A stretch of 64,000 nt of DNA from an uncultured bacterium. Lineage in GTDB: Bacteria > Chloroflexota > UBA5177 > JANWHV01. Numbering within the stretch: position 1 is the stretch's first letter; each line of letters opens with the position of its first letter. The stretch covers positions 160,001 to 224,000 of the forward strand of contig CAVSOU010000011.1 of the NCBI GenBank assembly GCA_963729625.1, written 5' to 3'. The position numbers and the translations under genes were made by a program. Under the pieces are notes generated by a model. That model saw only the letters and a program-made list of their open reading frames with translations, was not told the DNA's origin and ran no database searches. Shown in pieces: positions 41,935-52,553 of the stretch.

Positions 41935-42290
41935 GCGCTGGCGTGTTCGCCTGCCCCGTCGAGATGCACGCACGGGTCATGCCGAAGGCCCGCAGTCGGC
42001 ACAGCACTTCCAGCAGCGCGGACCGCGTCAATCCCTGGCGGCGGTAGGCGGTGCGCGCACCGACCGGGCGGATGACGCCGATCTGGTTGAGCGAGTCGAT
42101 CCAGCCGTGCGTGTAGGTGGCGATGACCCAGTTCGGGGCGATCGTCACAACATCGAGATCATGCTGGTAGCCGGGGAGTAGCATGAGGCGCGCGTAGTCG
42201 GTGCCGTCGATCTGGCCCACGTACCACGACTGCCACACCTCATGCTGGATATCGACGGCCGTGGGCTTGACGATTCGCTTGCGGGCCTGT
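41935..42290 (-). pseudogene. GNAT acetyltransferase internal fragment
   Basis: GWIDSLNQIGVIRPVGARTAYRRQGLTRSALLEVLCRL...NTPALR; truncated at both ends. Confidence 0.65.
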
Positions 42291-42310
42291 AACCTTGTAA
42301 CACAGTTACA
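42288..42310 (+). promoter_or_regulatory. TGTAAC repeat/palindrome, candidate RHH operator
   Basis: tgtaac-ct-tgtaac-aca-gttaca directly upstream of the RHH gene. Confidence 0.6.
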
Positions 42311-42323
42311 GGGGAATGGGATC

Positions 42324-42590
42324 ATGCAGACGAAGAGCAAGCCAGTCCGGATCTTCGCGAATGACGATAGCGCGCTCGAGGTACTGGCGCACCTGCGCCG
42401 GCAGAGCCGCGCCGAAGTGATTCACGAAGCGCTCGCCGAGTACGTGGCGAACCATCGCGACGAGCTGCACCGGATCTTCAGCGAAACGCAACAGGCCATC
42501 GCGGCTGGGGACCTCGAGCGCCTCGTAACCGCTTCGACGGCTGCGCGTGACGCCGAGATTGACGCCATCATGGCCGATATCCCCGAATAG
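42324..42590 (+). CDS. Ribbon-helix-helix (CopG-like) protein, putative antitoxin
   Basis: KSKPVRIFANDDSALEVLAHLRRQSRAEVIHEALAEY; acidic tail. Confidence 0.75.
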   Translation: MQTKSKPVRIFANDDSALEVLAHLRRQSRAEVIHEALAEYVANHRDELHRIFSETQQAIAAGDLERLVTASTAARDAEIDAIMADIPE

Positions 42591-42611
42591 CAGTGTGGGT
42601 GTGCGACAGCG

Positions 42612-43376
42612 GTGATGCCCGACGAATCGGCATGGACGCTCGGCGCCACCTACCGATGTCTCACCGAAGATCTGGACCAGGCTCCAGCTGCTGCTGATCG
42701 TCCGATTGCCGAGCTAGCAGGCGAGCACCAGGTCATTGCTGACTTCGTCAAGAAGCGGGCAGAGCAACCTGTCGGCATCGAGACGATTAGGGGTCTGCTG
42801 CCAAAGCTCGTCGCCTACTCGCTCCATAGCGGTCGGTACCGCGCGGCGACATGGCACCACGTAGCCGCAGGCATCGTCTGGCTCTTGGCAGCGCATTGGC
42901 ATGAAGCCGGTAGCGCGGACGATTCGTATCCCTATTTCGAGCGGCTCCTACACAGCGGCCGTCTTCTTCCGACCCGGCCAGATGTCGAACGTGTCGTGGA
43001 TCAGCGCCTGCCCACATTTGCCCGGGCACTACTGCAAGACGTGCCGCGGATTCGGCGGCTCGCCCTCGACCATCCAGGGGCACTCCAGGAAGCAGTGATC
43101 GGCGGTCGCGTCCGCGTGCGGGTCGCCTTCGAGAACGGCACTAGTGGCCTGCTCTACGTGGCAGTCACTCGCCGTCTCCTACCTGGGAGGCTGCCACTTC
43201 CTGTGGAATGGGATGTGCAGCTACTCGCTGCCTTCTTTCTGGGCACAAACCTGGAGGAGATCGACTACGCCAATGAGATTGCGGGTCACCACACCAGAGC
43301 TGGCGAAGTGTGTTATTGCGGACTGGTGTCGAGGGGCGGGGCGGCAAGTCCATCAGCTGCGGCTGCAGAACAATAA
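42612..43376 (+). CDS. Hypothetical protein, putative toxin
   Basis: 254-aa ORF 21 bp after the RHH gene; YSLHSGRYRAATW...IVWLLAAHWH. Confidence 0.65.
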   Translation: MMPDESAWTLGATYRCLTEDLDQAPAAADRPIAELAGEHQVIADFVKKRAEQPVGIETIRGLLPKLVAYSLHSGRYRAATWHHVAAGIVWLLAAHWHEAGSADDSYPYFERLLHSGRLLPTRPDVERVVDQRLPTFARALLQDVPRIRRLALDHPGALQEAVIGGRVRVRVAFENGTSGLLYVAVTRRLLPGRLPLPVEWDVQLLAAFFLGTNLEEIDYANEIAGHHTRAGEVCYCGLVSRGGAASPSAAAAEQ

Positions 43377-44125
43377 ACGCATTCGGCTGCAGGCGGGTCG
43401 CATCGCGACTACGAATGGCGGTCCGACTACGGGCCTGCAGACGGTAGCGAAGCCCGTTACCGCGGCCACTCAGCCTCGGTCATGTCGTCCCTGCCAGCCT
43501 CAGTACTGCACGTCTGTCCGCATGTTCACGCCGAGCCTTGCTCACTGCCATGAACGGCCGATTCCGCATCGAGCCTGCCGATGAATTGCATACCTGCGCC
43601 CACGGCACGCGCTTCAGTTCTCGCTTCCGGACCTGATTCAGGGATACCGAGACCGTTCGCGAGTCATGCCGAACTCTTGCATACAAATGCAACGTCGCGG
43701 TTGCACAGAGAGCAAGGGCGGCGCGGCGCAACAGCGGAGTTGGCGCGGGGATGGGGCCGATCGCGTGCATTTCCCGTTCGCCTGGCCGGCGCTCGTCAGC
43801 CCCTGTGCTAGACGCGGGTCCACGGGCAGCTACGGGCTTGGCCCAGCGAACAAGCCAGCAGGGCCGTGCCTTGAGACAAGGTCTATGATCGAGTTGAAGT
43901 GGATGCGCTGACCTGCAGCCCTAGAAAGGGTCCGACGCCGCAAGCACCGCGAGCGGCGAGACCGCTCCCGTCCTGCTGACGCCTGCTCTTGCCTGGCCAC
44001 CCCTGGACTGCAGCGAGCAACTGGTGAACCCGGCCACGATGGCATGATCGTGCGCCGGGTTTCTTGTGCCCGGCGCCATGCAGGCGGACGCCTCTCGCCG
44101 CTTGCTAAATCGAAGGGAGCTGGAC

Positions 44126-45472
44126 ATGCAGCGGCTTATCGCTCGTAGTCTCATCCTGGTCTTTGCCCTCCTGGCATCCCTGGCCGTTCCCGCTTCCCAC
44201 GCCGGCCCCACCCGTGCCGCCATCTCGGCGTCCGCTGGGAACTTACAGCTCACGGTCAGCCCCAAGACCTCAGCCTCGGACACACCGCTCACGATCCGGA
44301 TCAGTGGGCTGCGGCCAGGTGCGCGCGTCACGCTTTCGGTCGCCTCGGTGGACGCGGCCGCTATCACGTGGGGTTTCACGTCTACGTACACGGCCAGGTC
44401 AGCGGGCATCGTGGACCCGGCCACCGCGACAGCAAAAGGCGGCGTGTCGGCGTACGACGGAACCGACCCCATGGGCCCCGTTGACTTCATGGGGTCGGCT
44501 GCCTAACCCACTCCGCTCACCAACGCGACCTGGCCGCTCGGCCTGGACCCGATCTGGCCGTTCGGCCTGCTGAGTATCTATCCGAGCATGTATGCGTGGG
44601 CCAGTTGCTCGCTCCGCCTGCAGGGCCAGCACGGCTGCGTGTGGTCCAAGCCCCTCAGCTTCAAGTTCACCGCGACGAGCGGCGGGGCGCAGGCCTCGGT
44701 AACGATCCAGCGCGGTCCGGCGCTCCCGGTGACGGCGACCTACGAGAGCCCTGCGGCCACCGGCTTCTACGGCGTGTTCTGGCAGCCTCCCGCCGGCCAG
44801 GATAACCATGTCGGCATCGTGGCGTTCGGCGGCCCCGCCAGTGGCATCAACCTCCCGGCTGGCGCCATGCTTGCCTCGCGCGGTTATTCCACCCTGGACC
44901 TCGCCTTGTGAGACGCGCCAGGCCTCCACCAGGACTGCGCGGGTATCAGCCTGGAGTACTTCGCCAAGGCGCTCCGCTGGCTTGGACACCAGCCCGGCGT
45001 TAACGCGAGCCGCGTGTGGGCGATGGGCGCCTCGACGGGCAGCGAGGCGGCCCTCTTGCTGGGCGTCCACTACCCTAACCTGGTGCACGGGGTGGCCGCC
45101 CTGTCATCCGACGACGCGGCCGAGTGCACCATTTGGACCTTCGGGGGCCAATCGGTGCCCTGCACTGGCCTGATACCGGTGGCGAAGGTCCAGGGCCCGG
45201 TATTCCAGGACTGCGGGGAGTACGACTCTGCGGGGCAGACCTGCGACCAAGCCAGGACGGCCATGGCCGAGCTAACTGCCCTCCACGATCGTTACCCGCA
45301 TGAGCTGCTCGACTACCCCGATGCCGGCCACGGCATCTGCGACCTGCTGCCCTTCTACCCCGGTGTTGCTGCTGTCGACCAGGCGTTGGGCATCGATGGC
45401 ACCAGCGAGGTAGCGAACCCGCTCGCGCGTGCCGCCCAGTGGCCGAAGCTCCTGGCTTTCCTCCGCAACTGA
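44126..45472 (+). pseudogene. Secreted acyl-CoA thioesterase/BAAT-like alpha/beta hydrolase with two in-frame stops
   Basis: Three ORFs in one frame split by TAA 44504 and TGA 44909; GLRPG..VTL, DPMG, GASTGSE, YPDAGH. Confidence 0.8.
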
Positions 45473-45549
45473 CCTTGCGAACCGGCGCCCATCAACTTGG
45501 CAGCCCGCCTGTTCAGACAAGCAGCAGCAACGGCATGGAGGAGAATGAC

Positions 45550-46223
45550 ATGAATAGCACGAGGAAGCTGGTCGCGTTGCTGGTGGTCATGCTCGCCGTC
45601 CTCGCCCTGGGACCCGCGCCTGTCGCCCAGGCGGGAAGCGCGAAGCCTTACGTCACCCGCCCCAGGCACGCCCGTTTGGCCACACGTACACCGAATGGGA
45701 GGTGCGGTGGATGTAGTGGTGGATGGCCATACCCGCACCGGTGAACCCGGAGTCCGATCACACCGGAGCATACTGCGCCGTGGGCCAGTCCGGCCCGGTC
45801 TGGAACCTCCTCACCAACATGGGCGGCTCCGATGTCCGGACCTGCACGGTGCCTGCCGGCAAGGCGCTCCTCATCTCGCCGGTACTCTGGGAGAGTTCGG
45901 TGGCGGAATTAGACGGCACTACCTTTGCGGCACTGCGCAGTTGCGCCAAGGGCCATATGGATGGGACCGAAGCTGACGTGACGGTAGATGGTGTGCACCT
46001 CGCGAACCTGCCCACTCGCTACCGGTTCCAGACCCCCCTCTTCACCTTCAAGTATCCCGCCGACAATGTCTTCCGGTTGCCTGGGCCTGGGACCACCAAG
46101 TCGGTTACAGACGGCATCTTCGTGATGTTGGCTCCGCTGGCGGCGGGTCGGCACACGATCGACCTGAGCTATTTTGGCCAAGGGTCTGGAGAAGTGACGT
46201 ACCATCTGACCATTCGCCGCTGA
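45550..46223 (+). CDS. Secreted hypothetical protein; frameshift near 45690
   Basis: Signal peptide, then NP..DHTGAYC..GQSGPVW.L...DG.FVML.PL..G.H. Confidence 0.65.
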
Positions 46224-46445
46224 GCAGCGCCTTCCGCGCACTGCTCGTAGACAGCCTCAGGGCCTCGCGGCACCGCCTGCCGGAGCCTTGGGGCTAGGCG
46301 GCCATCAGGTTGCGGGCGATCACAGCGATGGCTGCCTCCTCGAAGCACTGCGGTCAAGACGCACTGCGCGCAAAGCGGCCTGATCGGCACGCCATGGACC
46401 CATGCAGTGAGAAGGATAGGCTGAGGCCGCCATCAACGCGCGCCG

Positions 46446-47093
46446 TCATGCCGCGGTTGTTCCCCTGAAGGCATTCAGATGTCGCCGCACGAAGATCGCC
46501 ACCAGCGCGACAATCGCCACACCGATCAGGATGTCGAAGCGATGGATCCAGTTGCCGACATCGTTCCAATGCTCGCCAAGCTTCCGGCCGATCAACCCGA
46601 GGATCGTACACCAGGTCAGCGAGCCCGCGGCGGTGAAGGCCAGGAATCGCGTGAAGTTCATGCGTGCGATGCCGGCAGGTAGGGACACGTACGCACGTAC
46701 AACCGGCAACAACCTGCCGATGAATATCGTGATGTCGCCGCGCTTGGCGAAGAAGGCGTCGGCACGCTCGGCATCGTGGCGCGAAATCAGCACGTAGCGC
46801 CCGTACTTGAGCAAAAGCTCGCGGCCGCCCGTGGCGCCGATGGCATAGGCGATGCTCGCCCCGATTACTTCACCGCAGGTACCGGTGAGCACAACGGCCA
46901 CGATGTTGAATGTATGGTCGAGTTTCAGGGTGGTCGCCATGCCCGAGACCGTGACCGCACCTGCCAGCGGTATCACCAGCTCACTGGGCAGCGGGATCAG
47001 GCAGCTTTCGATGATCGTAGCAATGAGAATGCCGCCGTAACCCAGGTTGTTAAACAGATAGCTGACGAAATCCTGTAGCACTGTCACCTCCAC
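46446..47093 (-). CDS. dedA: DedA family membrane protein
   Basis: ESCLIPLPSE, GRLLPVVRAYVSLPAG. Confidence 0.93.
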   Translation of the reverse strand: MEVTVLQDFVSYLFNNLGYGGILIATIIESCLIPLPSELVIPLAGAVTVSGMATTLKLDHTFNIVAVVLTGTCGEVIGASIAYAIGATGGRELLLKYGRYVLISRHDAERADAFFAKRGDITIFIGRLLPVVRAYVSLPAGIARMNFTRFLAFTAAGSLTWCTILGLIGRKLGEHWNDVGNWIHRFDILIGVAIVALVAIFVRRHLNAFRGTTAA

Positions 47094-47098
47094 AGGCT

Positions 47099-47170
47099 AG
47101 TATACCGGCTCGACAAATTCCCTCAGTCGAGTGATCTACCCTCTACCCTATTCTCGAACCTCTTTATACT
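47099..47170. promoter_or_regulatory. Divergent TATACT -10 boxes, each 5-7 nt before a GTG start (probable leaderless mRNAs)
   Basis: agtata 47099-47104 (minus strand) and tatact 47165-47170 (plus strand). Confidence 0.55.
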
Positions 47171-47177
47171 TAGTACC

Positions 47178-47930
47178 GTGAATGCGATTGGTCGTTTCGA
47201 AAGCCTGATGGAATCGCTGGTTGAACGCGGCTTCGCGCGGTTATTGCGGACGCGCATGCAGCCCGTGGAAGTAGCCAAGCGGCTGTCTCGAGAAATGGAA
47301 GCGCATCGCACGGTCGCCATCAATCATGTGTTGGTTCCCAATCGCTATACCGCGACGCTTAGCGTGAAGGATTTTGAACAATTCATCTCGATCCAGGCGA
47401 CTCTGCAAAAGGAGATGGCCAACTATCTGCTCGAGTATGCAGCGGAGCGTTCGTACACGATTCCTGGCGCGCCGACCGTGCAGTTCGACAAAGACGACCG
47501 GCTGCGGACGGGCAGTGTGCGGGTATCCTCACGCATGGAGGACCCAGACGATGACGAGGTAGGGACGACGCCGCTTCAGCCGACGCAAATTATGCCGGAG
47601 CCCGAGCCGCCCATAGAGGCATATGCTCGCTCAGTGCCGGCCGGGCGGGCGCGGCTCGACCTCCAGGGAGCGTCCTGCTTCATAGATGTCGATACGGCGT
47701 CGATCGGACGGGGGCTGGATAACGACGTCGTGGTCGAAGACGCGCGTGTCTCACGACATCACGCGCGGCTCCAGCGAGCCTCACGGGGTTGGCAGCTAAC
47801 CGATCTTGGCAGCACGAACGGTACGTTCGTAAACGGCAAGCTGGTTCGGCAGTGCCCGGTCGGTAGCGGTGACACGATCTCGCTTGGAGGACTTGATATG
47901 AAGTTCGTCCTGGAGACAGCCAAGCGGTGA
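47178..47930 (+). CDS. fhaA: DUF3662 + FHA domain protein
   Basis: QPVEVAKRL.REM...VPNRY; IGR..DND..VSRHHA..DLGSTNGT. Confidence 0.92.
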   Translation: MNAIGRFESLMESLVERGFARLLRTRMQPVEVAKRLSREMEAHRTVAINHVLVPNRYTATLSVKDFEQFISIQATLQKEMANYLLEYAAERSYTIPGAPTVQFDKDDRLRTGSVRVSSRMEDPDDDEVGTTPLQPTQIMPEPEPPIEAYARSVPAGRARLDLQGASCFIDVDTASIGRGLDNDVVVEDARVSRHHARLQRASRGWQLTDLGSTNGTFVNGKLVRQCPVGSGDTISLGGLDMKFVLETAKR

Positions 47931-48379
47931 GCTTCGCGATAGTCGTCCTCGTGGCACGACTTGCCCTCGTGGCCATGCTCTACCTGTTCCTGTACCTGGT
48001 GGTCCGCGTGCTCTACCGCGATCTGCGTGCTGCCGGACAGCCCACGGTTGCGCGCGACCCCATCCGCACGACGGGCGTTCCGCATCTCATCGTGCTGGCC
48101 TCCGGAGAGACGAAGCAAGCAACCGGCAAGATGCTTCGTCTCAGAAGCCCAACTCTGCTTGGCCGCGATCCGTCGTGCGACATACCGGTCGAAGATGATT
48201 GGGTCTCAGGACAGCACCTGCGTATCCTGCAGACTACCTCCGGCTGGCAGGCGCAGGATCTGAACAGTACCAATGGCACTCGCATCAACGATGTGCGCAT
48301 CCGCGGGACGGTCGTCCTGAAGCATGGCGACGTACTTGACCTGGGGCGCTTCCGCGTGCGGTTCACCCTTGAGGACTAG
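47927..48379 (+). CDS. fhaB: Membrane-anchored FHA domain protein
   Basis: N-terminal TM LYLFL; LGR...VSGQH...DLNSTNGT. Confidence 0.88.
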   Translation: MSFAIVVLVARLALVAMLYLFLYLVVRVLYRDLRAAGQPTVARDPIRTTGVPHLIVLASGETKQATGKMLRLRSPTLLGRDPSCDIPVEDDWVSGQHLRILQTTSGWQAQDLNSTNGTRINDVRIRGTVVLKHGDVLDLGRFRVRFTLED

Positions 48380-48403
48380 GCCGGCGGCAATGGGGCGGCG
48401 GTA

Positions 48404-49693
48404 GTGATGCAGGCGCCTGTGACCCACATTCGGCGGACGGAATACGGCCTGCTGCTGGTGACAGGGATCTTCCTGGCCATCGGCTGCTGGCTCTTGGTGG
48501 TCAATCAGCCGTCACTGCCGGCGTCTCAGACGCTCCGGCAGCTGGCGACCCTCCTCGGCTTGTTCGCCGTCGCCAGCCTCTTCTTGAGCTGGAGGCTGCC
48601 GCGGTGCGATCAGCTGCTGCTACCGGTCGTGGCGCTGCTCTCGGCGATCGGCACGCTATCGATACGGCGCCTGGGCGCCGACGCGCAGTACGCCGGCTAC
48701 TCAGAGCGCCAGGTCCTCTGGCTGGGTGTCGGCATCCTTGTCCTTGTAGCCACCATCGTGCTCGTTCCGCGCCTCGACGATCTGCGACGGTACAAATACA
48801 CGGCCGCGGTCGTAGGCTTCGTGCTCATCTTGGGCACGATACGGTTCGGGGTTGACATAACCGGGGGGCCGTATCGCCGCTGGTTCGGTTTCCACGGCGT
48901 CTACTTCCAGCCGGTGGAGATCCTGAAAGTCTTGGTAGTCGTGTTTTACGCCGCCTACCTGGACGAAAAGCGCGAAGTGTTGGCCCAAGCCGAGTTTCGC
49001 TTCGGAAGACTTCGACTGCCGCCGCTGCAGTATCTCGGGCCCCTGTTCCTCACGTGGCTGTTGTCTCTCCTGCTGCTGACCTTCCAGAACGACCTAGGCA
49101 GCGCGCTACTCTTCTTTGGCATCTTTCTGGCGATGCTCTACGTGGCGAGTGAGCGGCGCATCTACACGTGGATCGGCGTCGGCGTATTCGCCGCGGGCGT
49201 GGTTCTGGCCTTCCGGTTCTTTCCGCACGTGCGCCAGCGCGCCGACATCTGGCTGGATCCGTGGAGCTATGCGCACGACCAGGCATACCAGGTGGTGCAG
49301 GGCTTGATCGCACTTGCGAACGGAGGCGTGCTCGGTAGCGGACTGGGACAGGGTCACCCTGGCTATGTCCCGGTCGCCAATACGGACTTCATTTTCACCA
49401 GTATCGGTGAGGAGATGGGGCTCATAGGCGGACTGGCGGTGCTTGGCTTGTTCCTTGTACTGACGTTTCGAGGATTGCGCATCGCTACCGAGGCGCGCGA
49501 CCCTTTCGAGGGCCTGCTTGCAGTCGGCCTCACCAGTACGCTGGCAATCCAGGCGCTCGTCATTATCGGCGGAAACCTTCGTTTGATGCCGCTTACCGGC
49601 GTAACGCTTCCGTTCATGAGCTACGGTGGCAGCTCGCTGCTGGCGAACTTTGTGCTCATAGGACTCCTGCTCAGGATTAGCACGCATGATTGA
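48404..49693 (+). CDS. rodA: SEDS protein RodA/FtsW
   Basis: FQPVEILK, DLGSAL, NTDFIF.SIGEE.G, PLTGVTLPFMSYGGSS. Confidence 0.93.
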   Translation: MMQAPVTHIRRTEYGLLLVTGIFLAIGCWLLVVNQPSLPASQTLRQLATLLGLFAVASLFLSWRLPRCDQLLLPVVALLSAIGTLSIRRLGADAQYAGYSERQVLWLGVGILVLVATIVLVPRLDDLRRYKYTAAVVGFVLILGTIRFGVDITGGPYRRWFGFHGVYFQPVEILKVLVVVFYAAYLDEKREVLAQAEFRFGRLRLPPLQYLGPLFLTWLLSLLLLTFQNDLGSALLFFGIFLAMLYVASERRIYTWIGVGVFAAGVVLAFRFFPHVRQRADIWLDPWSYAHDQAYQVVQGLIALANGGVLGSGLGQGHPGYVPVANTDFIFTSIGEEMGLIGGLAVLGLFLVLTFRGLRIATEARDPFEGLLAVGLTSTLAIQALVIIGGNLRLMPLTGVTLPFMSYGGSSLLANFVLIGLLLRISTHD

Positions 49694-51137
49694 TGTGGGT
49701 GGCACCGGGAAACGATTGCGCCGGCTCGCGCTCTTCTTTGTCGCCTTCTATCTCGTTCTGTCGGGGCTCCTTGTGTACTGGCAGGTCGTGCGCGCGCCGA
49801 GCCTTATCGACCGCCCTGACGACCCCCGTCTCTACGCTGCGCGCCAGGCGGTGCACAGAGGCGCCGTCATCGACCGGCGCGGCACGATCGTAGAGCAGAC
49901 CACGTTTGTGGATGGCAACCCAGTTCGTTCTCTCTACGACTCCTCGCTGAGTCCAGTTATCGGCTATCACAGCCAACAGTACGATAACTCCGGCCTGGAA
50001 GCATCATACAACGACTATCTCAATGGCGACGCGGCAAGCCAGCCGCTAGACAACACCGTCCGGCGCATCCTGCATCAGCCGGTGCTCGGCGACACACTGC
50101 AGCTGACCATCGACGACCGCATTCAGCGCATTGCCGATGCCGCGCTAGGGTCTGGCGCCGGTGTGGCGCTCGTAGCCGATCCGCGCAGCGGACAGATCCT
50201 GGCCATGGTGAGCAAGCCGGCGTTCAACGCCGCTCGTATCGACGAGACGGGTTACTGGGCGTCGCTGCAGACGGGCGACGGGCTGCTGCTGAATCGTGCC
50301 TTGGAAGGACTATATCCCCCGGGGTCGGTCTTCAAGGCGGTCACGCTCGCTACCGCGCTGACCGAGCACGCGTATGCTCTGCAATCTGTGTTCTCCGGGG
50401 AGGATGCGACCGGTCCCCTGTATTTCGGCGGATCTGTGCTCACCACCTCAGCCAGCAATCTTCCGCCCGGAGTCGGCCGGGTGACGCTCGCCGATGCGTT
50501 CAAATACAGCGACAACATCGTCTTTGCCAGGATTGGGCTGAGACTGGGCGGGAAGGCGCTGATCGACGGGGCGTCCAGCTTTGGCATCGGGCGACCGATT
50601 CCGTTCGACCTGCCTGTCAGCACGAGTCATGTAACGACCGGGCAAGGCGCGATGAGCGACTACAACGTCGCGGCGACTGCATTCGGGCAAGCAGCAGTGC
50701 AAGTGACGCCGCTCCAGATGCTGCTTGTTGACGAAGCTATTGCCAACCAAGGAACGATCATGCGGCCGACCATCGTGCAGCGAGTGCGCGCGCCAAGCGG
50801 CGAGGTCCTTGTGGACAATCAACCGGAAGTCTGGAGGCAGGCGCTCGATCCGACTGTCGCGCATCAGGTCGCTCAGGCGATGATCAACGCAGTGAATGGA
50901 CCCGGTGCGAGCGGCTACGCGGCTCGGCTGCCCGGCGTCGTGGTGGCGGGGAAGACGGGCACGGCGCAGGTCGGCGGCGCACGATCGCTCCCCCACGCGT
51001 GGTTTATGGCGTTCGCGCCGGCCGATAGCCCGCGCCTCGCGGTTGTCGTGCTGAAGGAGCACGGCGGTGAGGGTAGCGCAGTGGCCGCTCCAATCGCCAG
51101 GCAAATCCTGGCCGAAGCGCTTCCGCTGTACCATTAG
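49686..51137 (+). CDS. pbpA: Class B penicillin-binding protein
   Basis: PGSVFK, SDN, KTGT motifs. Confidence 0.93.
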   Translation: MIDVGGTGKRLRRLALFFVAFYLVLSGLLVYWQVVRAPSLIDRPDDPRLYAARQAVHRGAVIDRRGTIVEQTTFVDGNPVRSLYDSSLSPVIGYHSQQYDNSGLEASYNDYLNGDAASQPLDNTVRRILHQPVLGDTLQLTIDDRIQRIADAALGSGAGVALVADPRSGQILAMVSKPAFNAARIDETGYWASLQTGDGLLLNRALEGLYPPGSVFKAVTLATALTEHAYALQSVFSGEDATGPLYFGGSVLTTSASNLPPGVGRVTLADAFKYSDNIVFARIGLRLGGKALIDGASSFGIGRPIPFDLPVSTSHVTTGQGAMSDYNVAATAFGQAAVQVTPLQMLLVDEAIANQGTIMRPTIVQRVRAPSGEVLVDNQPEVWRQALDPTVAHQVAQAMINAVNGPGASGYAARLPGVVVAGKTGTAQVGGARSLPHAWFMAFAPADSPRLAVVVLKEHGGEGSAVAAPIARQILAEALPLYH

Positions 51138-51422
51138 CACGGCTCGGCCCAGGCGCGCCGTTGACGTCTCGGCGCGTCCAGCAGGCGTTGCTGGCAGAGG
51201 GCGGGCATTGTGTGGCGGGACTGCCCCGCGGCGCCCTGCCATACCGGAGACGTGGCGCGCGGTTCGCCAGGTCCCGTGCACCACGATGTGACGAGCTGTG
51301 CGAGCAGGCAGTACCATGAGCTGTGTGCCGGCGACGGCGCCGCACCAAGCCGCGCCCGAGCACCCTGTTTGAGCTGGCTGTTTGCACCCTGAGCGCTGGG
51401 ATGCGGTATCGCGAGGAAATCG

Positions 51423-52553
51423 ATGACCAGTACCACAGCAGCTGAGATTCGCCCGGCATCGGGTCGCGTATATGGTTTCCTGAACCTCGCCGTGCTCCTG
51501 CTGATCGCTGCGGCAGTCACCGTCATATCGACCATCTTCCTGCTTCGCTACAAACAGCCTTCGGCACCGGCATCGCCGGCGCCTGCGCCGTACCGCGCGC
51601 TCGTGGTGCGTGGATCGCAGCTGTGGTCGACCGGACCGGGCGTTCAGCCGAGTGTGATGCCCGGTCTCCGAGTTCCGGGCGAGTGGCGCGGGTTCGAAGC
51701 GGCAAGCGACGGCAGCGGCCTGCTGGTGACTTCAAGGGTGTCCGGCAGAGACAGCGTGTATGTCGTCCACACCCTCGGCCGCGCCGCGCAGCCCTTGCCC
51801 GCCCCGCCAAGCTCGTACGGCCCAGGACCGTGGCGTGTTGTGGACACCGCCTGGGTCGGCAGCACCGATGCCGTGGTCCTGTGGAGTAAAGTCGCCTCGG
51901 GCGGCGCGGACGTAGTAGCGCGATATTCAGTGGATGGTACGGTCCCGAATGCCGAGCAGTGGATTCGCGCGTCGGCTGCGGGCGGCCAGTCTGTGTCGTT
52001 GTCGCCCGACGGTCTTCAGGTCGCGCGTGTCGAGGTTCTGCCGGCGGCGAAAGGGTTTGCCGGTCAGGTGCAAGTACGGCTTCGACAGCTGTCCGGCACA
52101 CACTCGTCGGTCGCGTTACGCTACTTTGGCAGCAGCGTGCCGTCCGCGGTGCTCTGGTCGTCGGATGGCGGCACGCTGGCCATCGAGGTACCCGGCCAGG
52201 GGCTGATCCTGCAAAAATCGAGCGGACGATCCGTCCACCAGACATCAAGCGGTGAGCTGCCCGCGGCGTTTAGTCCCGAAGGTGCGGCGATTGCCTACGC
52301 CGGCGGCGGTGCGGGCACCCCGTTGATTCACGTGCTGAACCTACACGGGGAAGTCGAGAACGAGCTGGCTTTGCCCGCGCCTGGCGCGCTGGCGGCTCTC
52401 GGCTGGACGCCGGATGCCCGCGCGCTGGTGTGCGCGATCGGCGGCGCGCTGTACCAGCTTGATCCCGCGACCGGCGCCTCCCAGAAGCTGTCCGGAGCCA
52501 TCTCCGGTATCCTGGTGGGCACTGTTCCGCTGTCGTCGCAGCTCGTGCGATAG
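51423..52553 (+). CDS. Membrane-anchored beta-propeller (TolB/WD40-like) protein
   Basis: N-terminal TM; repeated SPDG/SSDG/TPDA blades. Confidence 0.7.
   Translation: MTSTTAAEIRPASGRVYGFLNLAVLLLIAAAVTVISTIFLLRYKQPSAPASPAPAPYRALVVRGSQLWSTGPGVQPSVMPGLRVPGEWRGFEAASDGSGLLVTSRVSGRDSVYVVHTLGRAAQPLPAPPSSYGPGPWRVVDTAWVGSTDAVVLWSKVASGGADVVARYSVDGTVPNAEQWIRASAAGGQSVSLSPDGLQVARVEVLPAAKGFAGQVQVRLRQLSGTHSSVALRYFGSSVPSAVLWSSDGGTLAIEVPGQGLILQKSSGRSVHQTSSGELPAAFSPEGAAIAYAGGGAGTPLIHVLNLHGEVENELALPAPGALAALGWTPDARALVCAIGGALYQLDPATGASQKLSGAISGILVGTVPLSSQLVR

Noticed and set aside
43380-44100. Small ORFs or ncRNA in a long intergenic region
   Set aside because: Only short TTGCA/TGCAA palindromes; no supportable gene or RNA motif
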